DNA of 63,980 nt, filler included, from Fonticula-like sp. SCN 57-25 (taxonomy: Eukaryota), in NCBI GenBank assembly GCA_001724245.1. It is 9 parts of 9 records of this genome, joined end to end, with 100 filler letters (N's around TTAATTAATTAA, not from the genome) between each part and the next. Parts side by side here need not be neighbours in the genome. Positions count along the whole stretch, not along the records: positions 1 to 7,162 come from MEDX01000390.1; positions 7,263 to 14,401 come from MEDX01000391.1; 7 more parts are not named here. The stretch is one strand, 5' to 3'. The translations under genes and the position numbers were made by a program. The notes under the pieces were generated by a model. The model did no database searches, had not been told where the DNA came from, and was given only the letters and a program-made list of their open reading frames with translations. Shown here in pieces: positions 1 to 10,489 of the stretch. Every line of letters starts with the position of its first letter. Position 1 is the stretch's first letter.

Positions 1-1739
1 ACGAGCCTGTACATTGCCCTCAAGGCCCTCAAGGAGACTGTACGTCCCTTTTCCATCCCCTTCTCTATCTAATTCTTCTCTAGTTGTTTGCGATTGACGT
101 CATGGGCACATCGACTGCCCGCCTCCGCGCCGTCTCTGAAAGCCTCCAACGCAAGGTCTACTACGAACCCACCCTCGAAAACGAACTTTTGCGCTCGCTC
201 GCCAACTATGCCGGCCAATCACGTCGCTTCCTCGAAGACCTCATTGAAGCAATCCACACTCACCTGCGCCTTCTTGAGCGCTACAGCCGCTCGAGCCCGA
301 CCATTACTGTCCAAGTGAAGCGAAAAGTGCCCCGTCGGCGCACCGACAACCCCGACGCCACTGCATCGGCATCGACACCCAGCAATACTGAAGCCGGCGG
401 CGATGATGAGGAAGAGTATGATATTGTTGAGGAAGAGCGCGAGGAAGTTGACCGTCACGTGATGGTCGAGCGCCGCATGACATTTGACGCGTGTCTTTCG
501 CGGTTCGCCGCCGAGCGCTGCCTTCGCCACTACATTTCCCTTCTCGAGCAGTATGAGCGCAACTCGCGGTCGGTCAACCACGCGGTCATAAAGTTTATGT
601 ACCGCGTGTACATGATGCCGTCGTGCCGCCCGCTCTTCTTCAAGGTGTCGACACTGTGCGTGTTCAGTCACGTGATACAGGTGCTGCGCCCCGATGATGA
701 TGCCGACGACGCGGAAGCACATAAAATTATCACTGCTATTCTGCGCGCGTTTTTCAAGCGGTGGGAGACATTGCCGTCAATGTACTTTGAAGTGCTTTTT
801 GCAAAGACGGACGCGAATGTCAGATATGTTTTTTCGGGCGAACAAAACGACTTGAGTCACCCGATGGGCGTTTCGGACGCGCTCGACGCGCCAATTGAGT
901 CGTCTGAGGCGGGCGAAGGAAATGCAAGTGTGCGGCCGGCGGCGCAGCAGCGCAGCAGTGCGCCACTTGGCGGCGACGATGATGACAGCGCAAATGCTGA
1001 TGCTGCTCTGCCGCCGCGCGCGCGCAAGGTGCGCAAGCCCAAGGAGCCCAAGGAGCCCAAGCCGAAAAAGGTCAAGGCGCCAAAGCCTGTGCGGGAAGAG
1101 ACGGACAAGCAGCGGATTCGGCGGCTTAGAAAGGAGGCGAGATTGCGCGCGCAGCAAGAGGGAGGTGATGACAGTGTGGATGAAGACACGCTCGCGAACG
1201 CGCTGCGGCCCGTGTTTAGTCAGACGGCGGCGAGTGAAGTTGTGGAGAAGAAGGTTGTTAATGATGATGATGATGAGGAAGATGCGGCAAAGGCGCGTAC
1301 GAATTCGCTGGCAATGCTCAGGCAGATGCGAAAGACAATGCAAAAGGCCGCTGAAAGTGACGACGACAATGATGAAGACGATGACAAGAATGAGTCTGAT
1401 GAGGACAAGAATGACTCTGATGAGGACAAGAGTGACTCTGATGACAAGAATGATGACAAGAGTGAGCAAGATGACGCGGAAATGTCGGGCGATGATGACG
1501 TGGCGCCGTTGCCGGTCGAGGAAAGGTCGTCGCCGATCATGAAGCGCACTCGGCGGCTGCTCAGCGACGATGATGATGAGGAAGAGGAGGAGGAAAAGGA
1601 TAGTGCGAGGCACAGGAGAGCGGCACTATTGTCAGATGATGATGACGAGGAGGAGAAGGGGGAGGAAAGGGAGGCGTCGCCGAGAGCGCCGCAGAGGAGG
1701 CGCACAGTGCTGTCGGACGACGAAGACGAAGACATGTAG
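1..1739 (+). CDS. TIMELESS: Timeless/Tof1/Swi1 replication-fork protection protein, 5'-truncated, with acidic low-complexity tail
   Basis: Motifs SLQRKVYYE, FLEDLIEAIHTHLRLLERY and FDACLSRFA...YISLLEQYERNSRSVNHAVIKFMYRV match Timeless-family conserved blocks. Intron ~40-82 (GTACGT...CTAAT...TAG). Confidence 0.8.
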
Positions 1740-1957
1740 ATTATGGGTTGTACAATGTAGAATAAAAATGGACAATAATGAAATTATTTTCATTGTTTTT
1801 TACATTATTGCCTTTATTTAGAGGGCATATCAAGTTAATATTGCATTTAATTAGCTTTCTGGTATCATACACGTACACCTTTTCATTGTTTTTTGGCTAT
1901 GCCTGACATTTATCCTGATTGCCAAGCAATCGAACGGCTCATATCCACGTGGCCATA

Positions 1958-4900
1958 ATGCTGCGGGCGGCGGGAGCGCTGCCGCGCAATGCGGCGGCGT
2001 CTGCGTTGCGTCCTTTGGCGCCATCGTGTCCGCCGCTGCGTTCGACGTCGACGCGGCTACGTGTTGGAGACACGGACATGCCGCTTCGTCCGGCGCTGCA
2101 TCCGGAGCTTGTGCCCGAGCGTCCCGGTTTGCTTCCCGCCACGCCATGGGTTCTGTCGCATGTCGAGTGGCTCATGCGCAAGCATCTTCTTGGCCAGGAC
2201 TCTTTTCTTCTCGGCCCGCCCGGCCCGCTTAGGCGGCGCATTGCGCTTTTGTTTTGCAATTTGGCGCATTTGGAAGCTGAGTATGTTTCGATCTCGCGCG
2301 ACACGACCGAGGCCGATCTGAAGCAGCGCCGTGAGGTGATCCGTGGCGAGGTCGTGTATGTCGATCAGGCTGCCGTTCGCGCTGCGCGCCACGGCCGCGT
2401 CCTCATTCTCGACGGCGTCGAGCGCGCCGAGCGCAATGTTCTCCCCGTGCTCAACAATCTTCTCGAGAATCGCGAGATGAACCTCGACGATGGCCGCTTC
2501 CTCGTGTCGCCTTCAGCCTATGACACGCTCCTGCGCGACCACCCCAAGTCGCAGCTCGACGCGTGGCGCCTTCTCCGCGTCAGCGAGCGCTTCCGCGTCA
2601 TTTCCCTCGGCGTCCCTTCCCCGCCGTACGCCGGCTCGCCGCTCGACCCGCCCTTCCGCTCGCGCTTCCAGGTGCGCTACGTCGGCGAAATGGACGACGC
2701 GACGACCGCTGCGATGCTCGCCGAGGGCCTCCCCGACGAGCTGCAGGAAAAGCTGCGCCTCCTCGCGCGCACCTTTGCAGAGCTGTCGTCGCCGGGCTCG
2801 CAGCCGTCGGCATCCGTTCCGCTCCCGGCGCTGCCTCTGGACGCCATCCCGCGCATGAGTCACGCAGCGGCGCGCGACCCCGAGTCGGTCGCCGCCGCCG
2901 CCCGCCGCGTGTACCCTTTCTCGCTTGACACGGCGCAGCAGCGCACCGTTGCGGGCGTTCTCACGCGCGTCGGTTTTCCGCCTACGCCGCCGTCTAATTC
3001 CGCCGCCGAGTCGCGCCTTTCGACCGACTTTTCCTCCGTCCCGAGCCTCGGCACGCGCCTTCACGACGACGCTCTGCACGCCCTTTTGACGTCGCAGGCG
3101 CGCGACATTTGCATTGTTGGCCCACGTGGCGTTGGCAAGTCGCTTCTTGCTCGCGGCCTCGCCGACGCCACAAAGCAGCAAATTGTGACTGTGCCGTGCT
3201 ACAAGGACCTTTCGTCGCGCGACCTGCTTCAGCGCCGCGTGACGATTCCTGCATCGCCAATGGACGGCGCCGCCGCCGCCGCCGCGCGCGCCAATGCCGC
3301 ATCGGACACGTCATGGATGGACGCGCCGCTCGTTCGCGCCGCCACCGAGGGCCACATGGCCGTCCTTGACGGCGTCGAGCGCCTCTCCCCAGGAACGCTC
3401 TCTGCGCTTCAGTCGCTCCTTTCCGACCGCCGCCTCGCGCTCCCCGACGGCACGCTTCTTCTCCCCGCCGACCACGTGGAGCAGATGGCGGCCAATGGCG
3501 TGCCGCTCACGGGCGTCCGCGCTGTTCACCGCGACTTTCGCGTCGTCGCGCTCGCCACGGACGAGTTGCACGCGGCGGGCGACCTGACAAAGCCGTCGCA
3601 CGCGCGCACGCCGTCGGCGCCGCCGCCGCCCGCGAGCTACTGGCTCAACGACGAAGCCGCAACGCTTTTCGAGTTTGTGCACGTAGGACCGCTTTCCAAG
3701 GAAGAAGAAGTTGCTGTTGTGCGCTCGCACGCGCCGGCGGCGTCGCCCGACGCCATCGACCGCCTCGTCAATGTCACAATGGCGCTGCGCAATACTGGAA
3801 ACAGCGATGGCGGCGTTCCGACCACAGCTGCATCAAAGACATCGACCTTGTCGCCGACGCTGCTGCTTGGCGGCGCGTCACTTTCGACCCGCCAGAGCAT
3901 CCGAATTGCGCGCAAGATGGCCGCCGGCGGGAGCGACTCTGACGCGGCGCTGCACTCAATGGTGTCTGATGGCCTTCTCGCCCAATTTATGCCGACGCTC
4001 GCGCGCACTGCGCTTAATGAGCTGCTCGCGCGGAACGGTGTTAAGCCGTCGTCGCAGGCGGGCGCGACCGGCGACGCGAGCCCGCTGCGCGTGTGGGCCG
4101 ATGACAATCACGTGCACGTCGGTGACCTCAAAATTCCGCGGTATCAGCCGCTGCCGGCGTCAAAGCCGCTCGTGCCGAGCATTACTTTCTTTGAGAATGT
4201 AAAGCATGCAGAAATGCTGCGCGCAATGCTGCTCGACTTTTCATTGGGTGAACATTTGCTGCTGATTGGTAATCAGGGTGTCGGCAAGAACAAGTTGTGC
4301 GACCGCATGCTGCAGCTGCTCAATAGGCCGCGCGAGTATATTCAGCTGCACCGCGATAGTACTATTCAGTCACTGCTTGTGCAGCCGAGGCTTGAAGACG
4401 GTCAACTTGTGTATGATGACGCGCCATTGGTAAGGGCGGTAAAGCATGGTCACGTGCTTGTGGTTGATGAGGCTGATAAGGCGCCGGTGCACGTCACGGC
4501 GGTGCTAAAGGCGCTCGCGGAGAACGGCGAGCTTGCGCTGCCTGATGGGCGACTCATTCGTCCCGCAGGAAAGGCTCTGTTAAAGGGCGAGACTGACATT
4601 GGTGCGTATAAATAATGGTTAGAATTGATTTTATGTTGATTTTGACATGAATTGATCGTGTTTTATGATTGTTTGTCGCATGTTTTATGTACTTTTGCAA
4701 TGTTTTTGCGATATTTTCCCCTTCTCTAACACATTTGCTTTAGTTCATACCCACCCCGATTTCCGCCTAATTGTCCTTGCCAATCGCCCCGGCTTCCCCT
4801 TCCTCGGCAACGACTTTTTCTCCCACATTGGCGACGCCTTTGCCTCCCACCCGATCGCCAACCCCGATCGTGCCTCTGAGATCGCCCTTCTCGCCCAATA

Positions 4901-7162
4901 CGCCCCTTCACTTCCGCCCCGCACGCTCGTCCGCCTCACCGCCGCCCTCGCCGACTTGCGCGCCGCCTTTGACGACGGCATGATCTCATACCCATATTCA
5001 CTTCGCGAGCTTGCCCACGTGGTCCGCCACCTTGAGCGGTTCCCCGACATGTCCCTGCGCGACGCCTTCCGCAATGTGTTTGACTTTGATGTTCATAGGC
5101 AGGATGCAGAGGCTGTGCTGCGGACGGCGCTGCAGCACCAGGCATTGCCCGTTTCGGAACTGTTTAGTGCGCACGATCGGGATGCACGTGGCCAGAGAAT
5201 GAATATTGCGTCGACGGGCGCCGTTACCTATCGCGACCTTATTCCGCCGTGTGAGGTGGTCAACGCTACTGAACAGCCCGCCCACGTGGCTGTGCAGACG
5301 TCCGCGGTGCCGCTCACGTGGCAGACGCGCACGTGGTCGGAGGAATTTGCGACGACGCCGCGTCACCGCTCGTCGATCGCCTTTGAATCGATGCGCACTG
5401 GCGGGCAGCACAGCGTGTTCAGCCCTGTGATTGGTCAGTGGCGCATTCCAGCGCCAATCAACACGGCCGTCACAGCCGCTGCTACCAACCACGTGGGCAA
5501 TGCGCTGTTTGCCGTGACGCGCGGGCCGCACCGCCTTTACCACTATGCGCTGACGTCAGCTGGCGCGCCCGCGCGCGAGTCGGTTGCAGAATTGCCCGCG
5601 CTCAGCCCCCACGTGGCCATCATGCCTGCCACAGCACTGCCTGGCGGCCAAGTTGCCTTTGTCGCCGACCGGGCCAATGGCGTGCTGCTGCGCGTCGACC
5701 TCGCGCCGGGCGGCTCGACTCACGTGATCGCACAGGGGGCGACCGACGGCGCGGCGGCGCTCCACGGCGGTTATCTCTTGTTGGCCGCCGACGGCGGGAC
5801 TGTCACGGCCGTCCGCGCGGCAGAGCCAAAGAATATCCACGTGGCGCCTGTGTGCTCTGGTCGTCACGTGGCTGCCATTTCGCCGACGTCTGCTGTCACG
5901 TGGGGCGCTGCCGACGGCTCTGCCTCGCTCGTGTCCTTCCCTTCAGCCGCCGCCGACGCGCAGCCAATCATAACCGTTTTCCCCGCCGGTTCGCCGCTCG
6001 CGTCAATGCTTGCCACTGATGAAGAAGCCGCCGTCGGCGCTCCGCCGCCCACCGCGGCCAAAGATGTTGTTGCAACAGTGGCGGCGCTCGGCTCGGCCGC
6101 CCTGCTGCACGCCGACGGACGCCTCACGCGCGTCACCGACTGCATCTCACCCGAAGCATACGCCCACGTGGCCAACACGGTGATTGGCCTTGACGACGCC
6201 GAAGAGTCGCTCACGTCGGTCGACCTTTGCTCGCTCGAGTCGCGCACAATTCCGCTGCCGGCGGCGATTCCGTCGCGCCCGCGGCGGGCGTCGCAGCCGG
6301 CCACCGTCGTGCAGCTCGCCGGCGGCGCAGCGGCCGTCGTCCGCGATCAAGGCCACGTGGTTATTCTCGAGTGTTCATCCTCCCTTTTAGAAGAGGGCGC
6401 TCGCGAGTATGTCCGCCTCGCGCCGGCCGACGTTGACGTTGACGCCAAGCGCGCGCTCGCCGCATATGAAGAAAGCAATTCTGGCGCGGCGCTTATTCAG
6501 TACATTGACGAAGACCGCCGCGGCGCACCTGACGCGATTTCGCCAGCGTCTCGCTCGCCGCCGCCGCTCGGCGACATGACGCACGGCGAAGTGGATGATA
6601 AGGAGCATATTGGCGGGAGCCGCTTTGCGGGCGGCAGCGGCGGCAGCAACACTGCCGGTCTCGGCGGCCGCGGCGGACCATACAGGCTCGCCAAGCGCGG
6701 CCAGCGCGTCGTGCAGGTAAGCGACGAAAAAAAGGCCGAAGTGAGTCGCGAGGCGCGCCAACTTGCGCGCGAAATGGCGCAGGCGGCGCTTCGCGAGCGC
6801 CTTGAAGCACTTGATATGAGCGAGGGCGACGCGACTGAATATGCCGCGCGGCGCGCGCGCGTCGACCGCGAAGCGCGCCAGCTCGGAAATATGCTTGATA
6901 CTGCGCGCGCGCGCGAAAAGGAGCGCGTGTGGCACCGCAACCGCTCCGACGGCGAGCTTGACGAGAGCCGTCTTGTTGACGGGCTTGTTGGCGACACTGC
7001 CGTATTCAAGCTGCGCGCCGAGGACAGCAATGATACCGGAATTCAGGCAAAGCCCAAGCGGTTTGTTGTCGCGTTTGACGTGAGCGGGTCAATGTACCGC
7101 TTCAATGTCGTCGATGGTCGCCTGGAAAAGTCGCTCGAGGCCGCCACGCTGCTCATGGAAGC
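1958..7162 (+). CDS. VWA8: VWA8-like mitochondrial multi-AAA ATPase with C-terminal vWA domain (3'-truncated by contig end)
   Basis: Three AAA_5-type modules (LGQDSFLLGPPG, GPRGVGKS, GNQGVGKNK), Gly-rich GGSNTAGLGGRGGPYRL and vWA start FDVSGSMYRFN. Intron 4602-4743 restores frame (DI-V-HTHPDFR). Arg/Ala-rich N-terminus resembles a mitochondrial presequence. Confidence 0.92.
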
Positions 7163-7262
7163 NNNNNNNNNNNNNNNNNNNNNNNNNNNNNNNNNNNNNN
7201 NNNNNNTTAATTAATTAANNNNNNNNNNNNNNNNNNNNNNNNNNNNNNNNNNNNNNNNNNNN
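7163..7262. other. Artificial contig linker N44-TTAATTAATTAA-N44; the same linker occurs at 14402-14501, 21638-21737, 28849-28948, 36055-36154, 43253-43352, 50437-50536 and 57612-57711
   Basis: Identical 100-nt spacer with six-frame stops. Intervening contig lengths 7139, 7136, 7111, 7106, 7098, 7084, 7075 decrease monotonically, and genes are cut at the linkers. Confidence 0.98.
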
Positions 7263-7521
7263 GCAGCTCAAAGACGGATTCTGGTAGCTCAAAGGGCGCT
7301 GAGTGCGGCTATGTGTTTAAAAAGTGGGGTTGAATATGAGAAAGAGGACTAAAAACCTCGTTGAATGCAGTACGCGTTTCTATTGGTCCAATCTAGAAAT
7401 ACTCACACGTGATTGGCCAGTTCAAATTGTTCAAGTTCAAAATCAGAGGATCAGAGGAATCAGAATGATCGCTTTGGCGAAAGATCGGTTTGTGCCAGGC
7501 CAGGCCATTGCTCCGAATCCA

Positions 7522-7994
7522 TCTCAAAAATCAATCTGAACACAACTATTGATTTTTAGTTATGAATGAGTGGGACGCGGGACGGAAGTTTAATTATTAC
7601 CGGAACCCGTTCAAAAATCAATATGAAAGGGAAATATGTATTTTAGGCGGTTTTGGTGTCCAGCATTTGTGTTTATGACCCTAAATCGGGACACCAAATC
7701 CTCTTTAAAAACCACCTTGAAAGGGAAATCGTATTTTAGGGGCGATTCAGTGTATCATGGTATTGCATTTTAGGGCTGCCAAGCCGCTTCAAAAATCAAA
7801 TTGAAAAGGAAACACGTATTTTGGGACGGAATTGGAGGGACAAAATGGCATTGTGCCGGGTCTCACGGGTTCATCCAAAACTCGTTTTGAAAGGGAATGA
7901 CGCATTATTATTTTGGAGGATTATGAGACCCGGATGGACCCGGCACATTCAGCCTCATAATTCACTTTGAAAGGGACTGCCTATTTTGAGCCGG
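7522..7994. repeat. Array of ~6 degenerate imperfect-palindromic ~40-bp repeats (CAAAAATCA-N3-TGAAAGGGAAA-N2-3-GTATTTT(A/G)G) separated by dissimilar spacers
   Basis: TGAA(A/G)-core starts at 7537 (degenerate), 7624, 7718, 7802, 7888 and 7968, a period of 80-94 bp. Each unit is closed by a CAAAA...TTTTG-type stem. Confidence 0.75.
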
Positions 7995-8115
7995 TTTCGG
8001 GTCTTTTCGACAGTGGCGGGAAATCGAACGACACTGGAGACACGAATAAAACAGGTTTGCAGCGGCTCTATCCATACTCATCATTACAGTACATTCATTA
8101 TACAGTAGTCTAATA

Positions 8116-10062
8116 TTACAGCTGCGAAATGGGCACGTTGGCCGTCCACTTGAGGGTCCACGCCGGCGCCAGCCCTTCCTTTACAAACTCCTCCTGCTGC
8201 TTCCTGACGCGATCCATGATCCCCTCGATCGCGTCGACCTCCAAACCACCCTCAAACGCCTGGGCTATCTTGACCGACAGCGACGCCAACCCCGGCCCTG
8301 TCAGGCACGCCTCTTGAAGGGGATAATCGGAAGGATAATATTCGTCATCATCGTCAGCAAGGGTATGCCTGCAGTAGTAATCTAGGTAATCTGAGATTAA
8401 GAAATCTTCGCCTTCGTCGTCCGTCCCCTCGGAGCGTTCCTCATCGATGAACGGTATCATGTACCACGACGGCTCCACCGGGGTAAAGTCGGGGTACTCT
8501 CGCAGGAAGCGGCGCACTTGGCAAGCGCCCCACGACAGCACGCCCAGCTGGTCCGACCACGCATGCTTGTTGTCGAGCATGTACGCGCGTAAAAGTAACA
8601 TGCAAACTGTATCATAGTCTGATGAAATGTCTGCCCTTCTATCCATGGAAGCCAGGTCGCCAACGGTCAGCGAGCGAAGCGCTTCACCAGAAATGTCATT
8701 GACGACACTGGACAGAGAAATGAGGCGCCAGTCTTGAAGGAGAATGTGCAGCATGCTGGACGAAACGGCAGAGAGGTCCGCGCCGTCCGCAAGCAACTTG
8801 TCCAACGAGGCCACACGCTCAGTCTCATCCGCGGTGGCGCGTCCAAGGGCGACTTTCGAACGAAGGGAGGGTTCGTAGAGAAACACCTTGCCGGCGCGGC
8901 CTACTGCAAGCTGGCCACTGGGGGGGTGGAATGTGCCGTACGTGTCGTACTGAATAGAGCGTATGTTAGGACCGAAACAGCAACAAGTATAGGGCAGAAA
9001 CAGCAACAAGCAAAAGGCCGACACAAAGTTGAATTTCCATACACCTCTCCTCTATCGTACAGAGTAGCCAACGCGAAGACGGCCGTCCAACTTGTGTGTT
9101 TCGGGCGACCACACCTGCACGGATCCGTTAAAGGTCACTGTCACGATGTACTTTTCATCCGCGCTGAACGCGCATGACTTTATGCCATCCCTCAAAAGTG
9201 ACGTGTCGGGGTAACAGCAAAGCTTTCCCACGCGTACTGTGCCTTGGCTCACGTCAATGTCAGCCGCATGTGCCCTCCAACCGCACACGGCCAAAGCGAC
9301 TCGACCAGAGCTAGATATCGCTGCATCGTCCGCCTACCAACCATGGTGAGCTGGGCGAACTTTTCAGAAAAGCGCACGTTTGGAAGGTCAGGGTCGCAGA
9401 GAGATGTGGCTGCGGACTTTTCGCCCGGCTCCATGTTCAACGCCATGACAGAATTGCCGACAACGAGCAAACGTCCGTCCGACGAGAACTGAACGGAAGA
9501 GGGATAATCGTTGATGTCAAATAGTTGCTCTTCCTTGATGAGGGCGTAGTCGCCGTCGGCTGATACTCTGAGCAAGCAGTACCAGGCGACCCTCTTGTTG
9601 CCTACAGCCACCGCCAATGTGTCGCCGGACGGATGGAACGCACACCCTTGAAGCTACCGAGCACATAGTGAGGGACAAGTACGTCATAACCGAGCAACAC
9701 ACCCCATTTTTGCAGGTGAATACCGTGCGGTGCGACCTCCCGCCATCAGGAGTGAAATCCGCGATGATAACCTGGTGGACAGGTTTCTTGAAATAGGATC
9801 TCGTCGTAACGGCGACCCGAGTTCCGTTGGGTGCCCACGCAACACCGCCCGCCTCAGTGTTTTTCGGAAGCGGGATGTCATAGACCACTTCCGCAGTACT
9901 CGCATCCCAGACCCGCACGATATGCGCGCACTCCCAACCGCAGGCCAAATACCGACCGTTCGGGCTGAACGCGAACCGACGCACAATGTCACCATTTCCA
10001 GACACATCGCCAATTGGCAGCGCCCGCTCGTCATTCCAAGCGGGGGGAGCGGCACGCGACAT
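8116..10062 (-). CDS. WD40-repeat plus tandem SAM-like domain protein, divergent member of the family at 36256-43252; spliced
   Basis: WD motifs FAFSPNGRYLA...VRVWD, VAWAPNG, CAFSADEKYIVT...VQVW. The C-terminus (DISGEALRSLTVGD...LLLRAY; VLSW; LTGPGLASLS...AWTLKW) aligns by eye with the cluster copies (DVDGVSLTLLNVGD...LLLRGY; VLSW; WHGAALCSLS...TWVSKW). Confidence 0.75.
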
Positions 10063-10489
10063 TATGCGGCCTTTACAATGCGGTTGTCGATTGTGGTACT
10101 GTCCCTACTGTTTTCTGTGGTCCTGAATCCTGATCGTTTGGCGCGTCCCCTCCAAACAAAAACAGTCATTCTATTGGATAGATCTGACCAATGAGAATGG
10201 TGTTATGACAGTCATCGTATTGGTAGGTTTGAAACCTATTGTCAATGACCCACTCTTTCGTCGAGTAGGCGCTTTATTTACGCAGGCCATAGGCTTGGTT
10301 CGTCTTCCCTGTCAGAATATTTGTATTCACGTAGACCACGCTAACCACTTGGATACATTACCCCTTCCGTTTCACTTTCCCGCGCACCATCATCGCGCCA
10401 TCGTGCCTTTCATCATCTCACTTTTGGTTCATTTATTACTTTGTTTTTTTCATCTGTTCTGTCAAACATATTCCTCCCGTTCGCCGCTC

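Noticed and set aside
1255-1739. GAT/GAC/GAG-rich tandem repeats
   Set aside because: They simply encode the acidic low-complexity tail of Timeless.
7163-7262. TTAATTAATTAA palindrome recurring every ~7.2 kb
   Set aside because: Artificial six-frame-stop linker between size-sorted contigs; not biological periodicity.
7522-7994. Calling the repeat-spacer array a CRISPR (TTGAAAG resembles CRISPR repeat ends)
   Set aside because: Repeats are too degenerate, the context is eukaryotic and no cas genes are present; kept as an unexplained repeat array.
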